64,000 nt of DNA from a virus. The stretch covers positions 22,505 through 86,504 of IMG/VR virus record IMGVR_UViG_3300050138_000176; one strand, given 5' to 3'. Below are positions 48,005 through 58,747 of the stretch, in pieces. Under the pieces are notes generated by a model that was not told where the DNA came from, ran no database searches, and saw only the letters and a program-made list of their open reading frames with translations. The position numbers and the translations under genes were made by a program. Each line of letters begins with the position of its first letter. Position 1 is the stretch's first letter.

Positions 48005-48719
48005 GAAACAGGAGCCAGCAACCAACCGGTGCCAGCAACGGCCACCGGAACGCACGGTCATCATCCAGTGGCAGGACGCGGTGCGACTGCCGCTGTTCCG
48101 GGCGCAACTGGAGGCCGCAAGAAACGAAGTCAAGCCAGGGTGCGAACCGTTCACCTCACGCCTGATCAAGTGAACGGGCAGCAAGATGGCATGGCGTTCG
48201 CGGAGCCGAAGGTGCCGAGCCTGACCAATCCGCAGTCCGCCGGCAACGAACTGTGGCGCAAGAAGCCAGAGAAGGAAGTTCCGCACGGACTGCCGCCGGA
48301 TCAGGCCGCGTGGCTGCCGGTGGCCCGCAAGGTAAACACGGTAGGCTACAAGGACATGGAAGACTGCCTGCGCCAGAGTCTGATAATCGGCCTCCGTAGC
48401 ATCGATCACCACGAGTGTCGCCGGGCTGTGGCGCGGCTGACACCGGCGCCGAAGAAGGTAAAGAAGGAGGAGGAATCAGAATGAGCGCCCGCCACGCCGG
48501 ATACACGGTCGGCTACTTCTTCCACGGCACGGAGCCGGCCACCATGCCGCCGAAGCCGCTCCCGTACCGGTTCCCGGCCACGCCGCCGCTCGGCGAGATG
48601 AGCCTGAAAGACCTTGTGGAATCAAATAACTGGTTCCTGAAAGAATGGCACGGCGGCAACCCGGCGCTGTGCCGGCGCCTGGCCGCGAGCCGGGCGGAAT
48701 TGAGACGGAGGAATCGCCT

Positions 48720-49658
48720 GTGAAGAACCCGCACCGCAACAGTGACGCCGAAGTTGACCGGCTGGTGAACGATAACATGCTGCTGGCACATTTCTTTCAT
48801 CAGAAGCACCGGGCCGTCCACTGGGACGACGCGCAACTGTTGTCCGCGTGCATGGACGGGCTGCTACAGGCCGCACAGGAATGGGACCCGGCCAACGGCG
48901 TGCCGTTCGGCAGCTTCGCCGGCCTGCGGATCAAGTGGAAGACCCTGCGACTAATAGCCAACAACACGAGGCGATCCGTGAAACGCGGCACGGGCTGCGG
49001 CATGGTTCATCTGCATCTGGAATCGCCGGTTGGCGAAAACGATAAGACCGTCGCCGACTTCATCGCGGATACCAGGCCCGGCCCGGACACCCTTGCAATA
49101 CAGGAATGTGAAAAGGATAAGGCTTACGCTCTCCTCGCCGCGCTGCCGGAACGGATGCGGGGCATCGTCGCCATGCGGTTCGGGCTGTCCGGCCACGACC
49201 CGATGACGCTGGACGAGGTCGGCGCGGAACTGGGCCTGACGCGGGAGCGGGTTCGCCAGTTGCAGGCCCAGGCGCTGGACTGGATGCGGACCGGCCGCAA
49301 GCACACCAAGCACACCAAGCAGCAGGTCGGGCACAGCGGCAGCAACCAGCAGCGGCTGATACCCGGCGGCAGAAGCGACCAGGCCATCAAGAAACGGCGG
49401 CATCACAAGGCGGCCCGCTACAGCCGCAGCCACCAGGTCAAGGCGCGTAAAGCCGAAGTGAAACAACTCCTGCTCAAAGGATTCAGCACGGCAAAGATAG
49501 CCGGCCAGATCCGCACCAGCAGCGCGACCATAGCCGCCGTGCGCAAGGAACTCATTGATCAAGGCACCATAACCACAATCAAGTGCGGCTGCGGGCAGCC
49601 GGTTGGCCACCGGGGCCGCTGCCGGCACCTGCGGCAGGCATGGAGGAACGCGGCGTGA
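48720..49658 (+). CDS. Sigma70-family sigma factor with C-terminal extension
   Basis: Region 2 GLLQAAQEWDPANG.PFGSFA; region 4 MRFGL...MTLDEVG..LGLTRERVRQLQ; extra HTH and CGCG tail. Confidence 0.85.
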   Translation: MKNPHRNSDAEVDRLVNDNMLLAHFFHQKHRAVHWDDAQLLSACMDGLLQAAQEWDPANGVPFGSFAGLRIKWKTLRLIANNTRRSVKRGTGCGMVHLHLESPVGENDKTVADFIADTRPGPDTLAIQECEKDKAYALLAALPERMRGIVAMRFGLSGHDPMTLDEVGAELGLTRERVRQLQAQALDWMRTGRKHTKHTKQQVGHSGSNQQRLIPGGRSDQAIKKRRHHKAARYSRSHQVKARKAEVKQLLLKGFSTAKIAGQIRTSSATIAAVRKELIDQGTITTIKCGCGQPVGHRGRCRHLRQAWRNAA

Positions 49659-49964
49659 AGCAAGATATGATAAATATAATAAAAAGCATTCAAACAACCC
49701 CACAGGCATGTGTGGCGGCGGTGGTAAGCATCTGCATTGCTGCCGTAGTGATATATTACCTATCAAAAGTATTAGGAGAATGACACAACCTATGGCAATG
49801 GGACTATCCAAAGCACAGATGTATCCGCCACCGTTCGCCGATCCCGGCCAGCGCGAGTGGCTGAAGCAGGCGATCAAGAAACGGAAGCAGGAACGGCGCG
49901 GCCACCGCCACACGGACGCCGTGGCCACGAACGGCTGCAAGGTGACGACGGATACAATCAAACC

Positions 49965-50240
49965 ATGAAGACGATCTGGAAATACCCGCTGCAATGCACC
50001 GACCACCAGGAGGTGATGATGCCAGAAGGATCCAAGATACTTTGCGTCCAGACACAGGCCGGAAGACCGTGCTTGTGGGCGCTGGTTGACGCCGACCCGC
50101 TCACAACCAAGCATCGTCGAAGGATACTTGTATCCGGAACCGGCCACCACCTGCCGGAACCGTTCCATGGCCACTACATCGGCACGTTTCAGCTTGAAGG
50201 CGACGGCGCACTGGTATTCCATGTATTCGATATAATATAA
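49965..50240 (+). CDS. Small conserved phage protein
   Basis: TIWKYPL...GTGH...YIGTFQ...LVFHVF. Confidence 0.65.
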   Translation: MKTIWKYPLQCTDHQEVMMPEGSKILCVQTQAGRPCLWALVDADPLTTKHRRRILVSGTGHHLPEPFHGHYIGTFQLEGDGALVFHVFDII

Positions 50241-50888
50241 TGAACGCTCACAAAGATAACCCGCCACGCCGCTGCTGCTGGTGCTCGCAACCGCTGCCCG
50301 CCACCGTGACCGGCCACTGGTGCTCGGATGCCTGCAACATGATGGCCGCCTTGTGCGCCGAAGCCCTGGCCCAGGAATGGCCCGAAACAAACAGGCTTGA
50401 CCTGCCGCCGCGGCTGGGCGTAACGTAACATCCTTATGACGACCGCTTCCACCACCGATACCTGGTTCGCATGGCACCCCGTGAGATTAGGCGCACACGG
50501 CACAGGCCGCATCGTGTGGCTGCGCCGGGTCTGGAGGAACAGATGCCTGGGCGTGACAATCTACCAAGATAACGAACCAAAGCCGGAGCCGGAAAATCAA
50601 CGCGTCCAAATGGCACCGTATCCATACAATGGATGCGGGATGACAATGGTTGAATATAAAGAAATGAACAGGCGTATTGCCGAACAAGAAGCGGAGCAGG
50701 CCCAGATAGAAATGCGCGACAAGTTCGCACTGGCCGCGCTCGCCGAAGGCCCGGACGCCATGTCACCAGCCGACGCGGCGCAAGTGGCAGCAACCGCCTA
50801 CTCAATCGCCGACGCCATGCTGCTGGAACGGGAACGGCGGCTGTGACTCAGGCTACTGTACAGGTTGATTAGTAAAATTAGCAAAGGA

Positions 50889-51365
50889 ATGGCCATCTAC
50901 AAAACAACCGGCACCGGAAAGCGCAACTGGAAGGCTGTCGCACTCGCCTCCCTGGCGCGGATACCGAACGTGTCCGAAGCCTGCCGCCGGGCCAAGGTGG
51001 TTCGCCAGACCTACGAGAATCACTACGCCAAGGACGCCGAGTTCCGCGACAAATGCGAGACCGCGATACAGGCAGGAATCGAGAAGCTGGAAAAGAGCGC
51101 TTTCAAGCGGGCCAACGAAGGCACCAAGTACGGCGTCTGGAAGACCGACAAGGACGGCAACCCGATCAAGGTGGAGACGCGGCGCGAGTTTTCGGACGGC
51201 CTCGCGATGTTCTTCCTGAAGGCGTACAAGCCAGGGCGGTTCAAGGACACCGTGGAGCACACCGGCCCGGACGGCGGCCCGATGTCGCTGTTGATCGTGC
51301 AGTCACCAATCGACCCGGCGTCCGTGACCGGGCCGCCGCCAAAGAAGAAAGAGGAAGGAAAGTGA
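50889..51365 (+). CDS. terS: Terminase small subunit
   Basis: NVSEAC HTH, DAEF, LE..AFKRA..G, FSD.L..F.LKA, EHTGPDGGP. Confidence 0.8.
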   Translation: MAIYKTTGTGKRNWKAVALASLARIPNVSEACRRAKVVRQTYENHYAKDAEFRDKCETAIQAGIEKLEKSAFKRANEGTKYGVWKTDKDGNPIKVETRREFSDGLAMFFLKAYKPGRFKDTVEHTGPDGGPMSLLIVQSPIDPASVTGPPPKKKEEGK

Positions 51366-51606
51366 TATGCATCCGTGCAACACAGTAACGACTGATGAGA
51401 TGACCAAGGCTCTAAAGAAGGCCGGGTGGAAGCGTAGCCACGGAAACATATTCACAGCACCGACCGGACTCTGTTACCGTGGCCCGGCACTTGCCTACTC
51501 AGTATTCAAAGGTGCTACATGGCCGCCTCCGAGGATATGCCGGGCCTGTGAATGTGAAGTAAAAAACAACGGATGTGGATGCAATCCTCCAGACGCATAA
51601 TTCAGT

Positions 51607-51730
51607 TTGACACCCGCGCCGGTTCGCGCCATATTGACGGCGTGAATCAGTGCAGAAATCTTAAACCAACCGAGCGGCTTGCAGGTCTTACCACTTGCGC
51701 TGATTCACACCAGGGCTGCTCGGTTGCTTT
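51607..51730 (+). promoter_or_regulatory. Promoter plus interleaved-stem structured leader
   Basis: TTGACA-N17-CATATT; stems 51642-54/51696-708 and 51667-78/51715-26. Confidence 0.6.
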
Positions 51731-51748
51731 GAGGCTTCAAAGGATAAT

Positions 51749-52546
51749 ATGATTAGTGAACACGCAGCGATAGAAAAGTTAAACGGAGATGAGTCGGCGG
51801 AATTGCTTAAGTGCAAGAAAACGGTGTCATCTGGCTTGCAGGTGTTTTACAAAGTCGGTGATGCTTTAATGTCTATCCTGAACAGTAGGCTCTACCGAGA
51901 AACGCATACATCATTCATTGAATTTTGCAAAGATGAATGGGGCATGTCCGGCAGCCGGGCGCGGCAGCTTTGTGACGCGGCAAAAGTGGTTAAAAATATT
52001 ACAGGACTTGATGTACAAACACTTAACGTGTCAACAACTGTTGACACTCCAAGTTCTGAGGCAGTCACAAGGCCACTAACATCACTGACTGAAGAACAGC
52101 AAAAAAAGGCGTGGAACGAGGCGAAGAAAGCTGCCGCAAAAGAGGGTCGTAAAGCTAACAGCAAGGACACAAAAAAGGCTGCTGATACCTTGGTGCCACC
52201 AAAGCCCAAGCCTCAGCCGCCGCAAAATAAACAACGCGCCCGCGGCGGTCTTGCATCAAACGCAATGAATTCCGAGGCCACCGCCGCGCCGACCGCGTCA
52301 TACGATGCCTACACTTCCTCGCTAACGAAGCCGTCACCGCAACCCGCGCCCGTAACCGCGCCGCTGCCGAACCCGGTGCTGACGCCGGAAACCGCGCCTG
52401 TGGAAACGGGACCGCGCAAACCTGCTGACATCGTGCGGGCCTGCTACGCCCGGCACAAGGCGGCATGGAACCAGGTTCCGCCGCCAGCGCCTTCCGTTAT
52501 CATTGAAACCATAATCAAGGAACTGGAGGCATCGAGTGGCCTTTGA
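51749..52546 (+). CDS. Hypothetical DNA-binding phage protein
   Basis: VGDAL..I..SRLYRETH.SF.EFC...W motif. Confidence 0.6.
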   Translation: MISEHAAIEKLNGDESAELLKCKKTVSSGLQVFYKVGDALMSILNSRLYRETHTSFIEFCKDEWGMSGSRARQLCDAAKVVKNITGLDVQTLNVSTTVDTPSSEAVTRPLTSLTEEQQKKAWNEAKKAAAKEGRKANSKDTKKAADTLVPPKPKPQPPQNKQRARGGLASNAMNSEATAAPTASYDAYTSSLTKPSPQPAPVTAPLPNPVLTPETAPVETGPRKPADIVRACYARHKAAWNQVPPPAPSVIIETIIKELEASSGL

Positions 52547-53744
52547 ACTTGAAACCACGCGGTTCCCGGACGGCGGCGGTCGCATCGTGCATCGGTTGCG
52601 GCGACCGGCCCGGCAGCGGTGCGCGTATTGCCAGATGGATAGCACGAAGCTCTGCGACCATGTGCTTCCCGGCGGCAAGACATGCGACAAGCCGATGTGC
52701 CTGATACACACGGCGGCAGGAGCGCAGCCGGGCACCGACCTGTGCCGGGAACATAGGAAGGAGCCGGTCAAGTGAAATATCGTAATCTTCAGAAGTCTTA
52801 CCGGGCATCAATCAACTGCCACTGCGCGGTTATTCGGCGCGGCAACAAGTCGCGTCGTCGTTACAATTATTGGATGCGTGTCTATAATCGGTGGCAGAGT
52901 AAATCAACCACTACAGAATTACTGGAGGCCGCAACATGAGCGCGACCAGCGTCCGCCTCTGGTTCGTGCGGGAGACCGCTGCGGCCCGGCTCTACAGCAG
53001 AGTGCCGCTCAGGCCGCCGCTCGCACCCGATGTAGCAGATCAAGTATGGATACCGCGCTCCATTGTGGAGCACACCAGCAAGGATGGCGACCAGCACACG
53101 GTCACGCTGCCGGACTGGTTCATTCGCAAGGAATCTTTATGATCGAATCCAACGACTATACCCAGCCCAGCGAGGCCGCCGCACTGGTCGCTGAGGCGCT
53201 GAAGCAGGAGCCGGTCCTGCTGCTGGCGGCCGGCAACGAGCCGGTGCTGAACCAGGAGATCAAACATTGGCAGGTGCGGCTCGTCTGGTCGGCGCGGATC
53301 GACGAGCATGGAAACCAGGTCTGGTTGCAGCCGCAGCTCGGCTACCGGGCGCTGTGCGGCCATGAAAACTTCAAGGCGTTCGGCCAGGAGTTCTGTTTGA
53401 ATTGATTTTATGACATCTCAAGAAGCAAAACTACATTCGGAACGAGTGATACACTACACAGCTTTGGAAGCCTCGCTCAACAAGGCATACGATGCGCTTA
53501 AAGCCTTGTCGAACGATGGTTGGAAGGAAACAGGCCCGTGTGGTCAGGGGCCGTTTACCGGCAACACCCGTGAGTCCCGGCAAGTTATTTCCATGAGCAT
53601 TAAATTCTCAGCAACTCGTGGAGGGGCCGAGCCAGTCAGCCAAGAACTTGAAAACCTAAACATTGAAGCGTGGGACTTTGGAAAGGCCGTTGAATCCATG
53701 TTGAGGAAAAGAATCGAAATAATCAGCAAAGAGATGGACTCGGT

Positions 53745-54260
53745 ATGACCGACATCCAACCAATCCCATTCGAGCAATTCTACCCAACAAGCCACGCGGT
53801 GCGCGACCGCGGTCGGGAGCTGCCGGAGCCGTTCGACACCAGGACAGTGATGCAGGTGTTTGGCGGAATTGAAAAGATGGACGCGACCAACATGCTGAGT
53901 TCCTGGCTGCGGATGGAATGGGCGGTGCGCACGAGCCGTGGCTGGTACCGGCGCGGCCCGCGCTACGGCGCCAGCGCCAGAACCTACTCCTGCCGGCCAT
54001 CATCATCGGCCAAGTTCGTGAATGACCCGGCGAACCAGCCGAAGGTTGATTTCCAGAACAACGAAGCCACGCTGCCGGACTCCCTGGCCGGCATCGCGCT
54101 GCTCACATCGCTCATTGAACCATTCACCAGGCTGGATGTCGCTGCGCGACTGGACGGCGACCGCAACCAGCGCGCCGAACAGTGGTTGGCGGCATGGCAC
54201 CGGCATGGATGGATTGAACGTGCCGGGTTCGGCAGCTACCGGAGAAAGGTAGGAATTTAA
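53745..54260 (+). CDS. Protein with two winged-helix-like repeats
   Basis: Two EPF...W...(G/E)W...G.YRR repeats. Confidence 0.55.
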   Translation: MTDIQPIPFEQFYPTSHAVRDRGRELPEPFDTRTVMQVFGGIEKMDATNMLSSWLRMEWAVRTSRGWYRRGPRYGASARTYSCRPSSSAKFVNDPANQPKVDFQNNEATLPDSLAGIALLTSLIEPFTRLDVAARLDGDRNQRAEQWLAAWHRHGWIERAGFGSYRRKVGI

Positions 54261-55753
54261 TGGGCTACAAGAAAAAGCAACCAGCCGCCGCAACCCGCGT
54301 CCTGACGCTGCCCAGGTTCAGGGGTGGGCCGCTCGCTCTGCTCACCAACCATGATCACGAGGTAATTTGCAGCGGCGGCTCGGACATTGGCAAGAGCTGG
54401 GCGGTCTGCACCAAGGCGTTCATGCTCTGCAACGACCAGCACCGGCCTGGCGTCCATGGCGTGCTCGCAAGAAAATTATTCAATTCAATTCACAACAGTG
54501 GTGCCAGGACGTTCAATACGATAACTGCCGGCATGGGAATTAAACGGCTCGGCGGTGACAAGTTCACCGACAAGTGGATCTTTCCATCAGGCTCAGAATT
54601 GGTGTGCATCGGACTTGATACTCCTGAAAAACTTCTTTCGTCCGAGTGGGACTTCATCGCCGTGATCCAGTCCGAGCAGCTCACCGAGTCCGACTGGGAA
54701 CTGGCCGCCAGCCGCGTGACCGGCCGTGGCGCCGTCGTGGCCTACCCGCAGATATTCGGCGACTGCAACCCAGGCGGCAGCCGCCACTGGATCAGGGACC
54801 GGGCCAAGAAGATTGATCCCAAGACCGGCAGGCCGACGCTGACGCTGCTTCCGAGCACCCACAAGGACAACCCGGCTCTGTATGACGACGCGGGCGCGAT
54901 CACCGAGGAAGGCAAGCAGCGTATCGGCAAGCTGGAGTCCACGCTGTCCGGCGTCCGGCGGCAGCGGTTGCTTGAAGGCATCTGGGCAACGGCGGAAGGC
55001 GCGGTGTTTGACACGTTCAACGCGACCATCACCGGGCAGCCGAGCGACCACGTCCAGGCCAAGGACCCGCGACAGGTCAAGCGCTGGTTCCTGTGCCAGG
55101 ACGAAGGCTACACGAACCCGGCGGCCATCGCGCTGTGCGGAGACGACGCGGATGGCAGGCGGCATGTTTACCGGGAATGGTACGAGCGCGGCAAGATCGA
55201 GTCGGACGCCGTGGCGGTCGCCGCACTCTGGTTCAAGCGCCCGCTGCTGGCCGCCAGTGGCGCGGACGAGGCCGCGCTGAAGGCTGACATAGCGGCGGCG
55301 CATCCGGCGACCGACCAGCCGCAGAGCTGCGAACTGGACGCCGTGGACGACGCTGCCGCATCGCTTATCGCCGCGCTACGTTCGGCAGGCGTCAACGCAA
55401 AAGGCGGCAAGGGCCGCATCATGGATGGTGTTCAACTGATACGCGACCGGCTCAAGGTGCAAGGTGACGGCAGGCCGCGATTGACCATGGACCCGTCCTG
55501 CGTCAATCTCATCAACGAATTTGAATCCCACATAATGAAGCCGCAGAAAGGTGGATTGGATAAAGACGAGCCGCTGGATTGTGATAACCACGCCATCGCA
55601 GCCGCACGCTATTTAGAGGATGTGCTGGCCGTGCCCACCGGCGCGATCACCAGCGCCACGGTGTCGGGTCTGGTGACCGGGCAGCCGTCGCTGGCGGGAA
55701 CCAGCGGCGGGCCGCGTTCGTGGCCGGGAAGCAGGCCGTGGCCGGGAAGGTGA
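54260..55753 (+). CDS. terL: Terminase large subunit
   Basis: GGSDIGKS, DCNPG..HWI, DNPAL, EGIWATAEG, DEGYTNP, DNHAIAAARY. Confidence 0.92.
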   Translation: MGYKKKQPAAATRVLTLPRFRGGPLALLTNHDHEVICSGGSDIGKSWAVCTKAFMLCNDQHRPGVHGVLARKLFNSIHNSGARTFNTITAGMGIKRLGGDKFTDKWIFPSGSELVCIGLDTPEKLLSSEWDFIAVIQSEQLTESDWELAASRVTGRGAVVAYPQIFGDCNPGGSRHWIRDRAKKIDPKTGRPTLTLLPSTHKDNPALYDDAGAITEEGKQRIGKLESTLSGVRRQRLLEGIWATAEGAVFDTFNATITGQPSDHVQAKDPRQVKRWFLCQDEGYTNPAAIALCGDDADGRRHVYREWYERGKIESDAVAVAALWFKRPLLAASGADEAALKADIAAAHPATDQPQSCELDAVDDAAASLIAALRSAGVNAKGGKGRIMDGVQLIRDRLKVQGDGRPRLTMDPSCVNLINEFESHIMKPQKGGLDKDEPLDCDNHAIAAARYLEDVLAVPTGAITSATVSGLVTGQPSLAGTSGGPRSWPGSRPWPGR

Positions 55754-56024
55754 CAACATGGAAGGCTTTACTATCAATCTTAATTCACCGAAAGCACGCG
55801 AGGCGCAGCGCAAGGAGCGGGTGCGTAAATTTATCTATCATTTCAAGCATGGGCATCCAACCATTGTATCAACGGAACGCTACAAGGACGCGGACACCGG
55901 CCTTACGATTTTGAAGATGAAAATGAGCGACGGAACTTTTAGCATTCAGTGCGACGAACCAATGATGACTTGCCACAATAGCTTGAACATATTGGCGGGA
56001 CTGGCAAAGTGAAAGGAATCTACT

Positions 56025-57077
56025 ATGGACAGAATTGTGGAACTACTGAAACGGGAACGGGATCGGCTTATGGTGGAGCATGAGGCCAGGATGACGCTGC
56101 TCGGCGAGCTGATTGAGAAGGCGCAGGCGGACGCCGTGCTGCGCGGAACTGCGGAGCCGCTCGCAGAAACGCGAATGGAAGAACCATGGCCGGCATCTTC
56201 CGCCGAAACCGTCGCCAACGCCGGTGGCCACAAGGGAGGCTCGAAGCCATGTGGACATTTATGGTTCCCGAACGCCGACACTGGAACCAGTGTCTGCGTC
56301 CAGTGCGGTGACAAGGCGAATACCAGAGATATTGAAGGACCATTTACCGGAGTCGCTCCAATGCCACATGAGCATGGTTATAAAGCCAACAGAGAACCAA
56401 AGCAGCCAGCCACAGAAACCGGCAGCCGGAAGCCGAGCGGTGAATTGGGACGCCGGATACTGGCGGCGTTGCCGGAGGAGTTCGGCAGCGACGAACTCTC
56501 CAAAGCAGGAGCCAGAGAGTCGAACGACTACAAGAACCTGATCCAGGGCTGGCTGCGGTTGAGCTGGATCGAGCACGTCAGCCGTGGCCGTTACCGCCGA
56601 CTGCCGATGCTGTCCAACTCCAGGCCGCAGGTCGTGGATGTAATTGATCGCGGGAAACTGAACCAAGAAATCAGTGAAAGCATATCCAATGCAGCCGTAG
56701 CAATTTTCAAGGATGCTGTTGCGCTCAAGGACACCACCACGCTGCCGCAACCGGATGGCAAGCCAGCGCCGGCGGTGATGATACCGTCAACCATCTCCGT
56801 GCCACGCGACCCGGACGTGAAGCTGGCCGTCCAGCAACCGGCGACACAGATACAGGTGCCCCGCGACGCGACGGCGGCCACCGCGCTGTCGCTGGAAGCG
56901 GTTGGAATTGGAAAGGCGTTAACCGAGCCGTTCACCGCACAGGACTTGGCAGTGCGGATACAAGGAGCCGACACGAATCCCAGGGCGCACTCGTGGCTGG
57001 CACAGTGGCTCAGGAAAGGCTGGATCAGCAACTGCGGCAAGGGACTGTACCGGCGGGAAGCGAGGTTTGGCGTATGA
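56025..57077 (+). CDS. Protein with two winged-helix-like repeats (paralog of 53745)
   Basis: LPEEF...GWLRLSWIEHVSRGRYRR and EPF...WLRKGWI...GLYRR. Confidence 0.55.
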   Translation: MDRIVELLKRERDRLMVEHEARMTLLGELIEKAQADAVLRGTAEPLAETRMEEPWPASSAETVANAGGHKGGSKPCGHLWFPNADTGTSVCVQCGDKANTRDIEGPFTGVAPMPHEHGYKANREPKQPATETGSRKPSGELGRRILAALPEEFGSDELSKAGARESNDYKNLIQGWLRLSWIEHVSRGRYRRLPMLSNSRPQVVDVIDRGKLNQEISESISNAAVAIFKDAVALKDTTTLPQPDGKPAPAVMIPSTISVPRDPDVKLAVQQPATQIQVPRDATAATALSLEAVGIGKALTEPFTAQDLAVRIQGADTNPRAHSWLAQWLRKGWISNCGKGLYRREARFGV

Positions 57078-58474
57078 ACGCAGTTGAATTAGAAGCATTG
57101 ATACGTGGCGCATGGCGCGGTGACAAGGCGGCACAGCAAAAGTTATACGATTTCATGTGCGACACTGATCCTCAAATTCCAATTCTCAAAGCGGCCGCTG
57201 AAATATGAAAGAATCGACAAAGATAGTCATTACAATCGCGGCAGTCTGCTTAATTATAGCATCACCGTTCTACACAGCTATATTAAACCTGCCAGTCTGG
57301 AGCATGTTAATAACAGCAGGAATACCGCTCGCAATTATGATGATGGTAGATGATAAAGATACCAAATGAACGAACCAACATCCAACGGCACCTGTGACCC
57401 GCGCTGCGACGGCTGCCGTCACTGGAAGCGGCTTGGCGCAGGCGAACGCTACGGTTACTGCCGCCGTTACCCGCCGCAACTGATGTCAGCGAACGGCCAC
57501 ACAGACTTCCCGCGCACGCACGACGACACGGCCTGCGGCGAGCACGCGCCGCTGCCGCCGGGCGCCGAGCCTGCCGTCAAGGAGAAGAAGGCCGCGCCGG
57601 TGCCCGCATACATGCAGCCCAGGGCCGTCACGCTGCCGGTCACTGAGAACCCGCCAGCACCCGCGCACCGGCCACCGCCGCCTGCCGCGCCGCAGAAAAG
57701 GAGATAAAAAACTATGACAGAAGATAAATTAAGGGAAATAAACCGCATATCAAGCGAACTTGCCAGGGCAGCATGGAGGCTTAAAATGGCAAACGGATTT
57801 AAGCCTGGCACTGACGGAACTGGAAGGCCGACGGGATATGAAGCGTTGCATGTACTTGTTGATGACGAAAACACGGCAGAAATCACAAGGTTACAAACTG
57901 TAGCTTGTGATGCCATATCAGCCGATGTGAGGCCGAAACTAGAGGCTGAGATTGATCGGCTGCGGAAGGAGTTTGACGCGCTGTGACCATCTATTCGCTT
58001 CCTGCGTGGCTGTCCGTCACGCTTGTCCTGTTCGCCATAATGGTGGTCCCTGTCACCATCGGAATATGCGAAGGCTGCCGCCAAGTTCGCCGCCGCCGCC
58101 GAAACCCAGTAACACTCGACCCGCCATGGCCCGGCAACGGCACAGCCGAACTGCTCTACTGCGCGATACTGGAGGCCGCGCTGGATGCCAGGGACGAGAC
58201 CGGCGCGACCCGGCAGCAGGTGCTACTGGCGCTGGAGGCCGTGGCAAAGGAGATTGAATCTAGTTAGGGTAATACCGTATAAGGATGTTTTAAGTTTCTG
58301 GTATGATGGAGGCATGGAAATACCAGAACCTGACCAACTCGAATCGCAACTGGAAGCGCACGAGCAGCGCCTGATGCAGCGGCGCGCCTACGAAATGTCC
58401 GCGCAGGAGATCAGCGACCAGGAGCAGCGCAACGCGAACGCGCAGGCCGATTACCTCCTCCAGCACTTGGACGA

Positions 58475-58663
58475 CTAGCGGCCGCACCGCGCCGCCGCAC
58501 GCAGAGCCAGGACGCGCAACGCCTCCTCGTCAAGCAAGCGGCGAACCGTGTGGCTCAACTCACGCTCGCTAAATGCGCGGCGCCAGAGCAGCTTTTGTGA
58601 CCGGGAGCACCAGACGGTGATGCTCTCATTCTTCTTCTCCCATTCTTTATCCATGTCAGGCAT
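58475..58663 (-). CDS. Small ribbon-helix-helix-like regulator, divergent from portal
   Basis: ESITVWCS strand then helix and LSHTVRRLL helix. Confidence 0.5.
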   Translation of the reverse strand: MPDMDKEWEKKNESITVWCSRSQKLLWRRAFSERELSHTVRRLLDEEALRVLALRAAARCGR

Positions 58664-58747
58664 GACACGGATGTTATAACGACCTTACCAGAACAAAAAG
58701 CAAATTCTGCTATGACTTGAAAAGCCATCGCCGTTAAAACTCGGCGC

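Noticed and set aside
12290-49658. Frequent C-terminal -EAA/-AA as ssrA-like degrons
   Set aside because: Several (12303, 29927, 40881) are explained by the overlapping GGAGG RBS and start of the next gene; cannot be separated from that effect.
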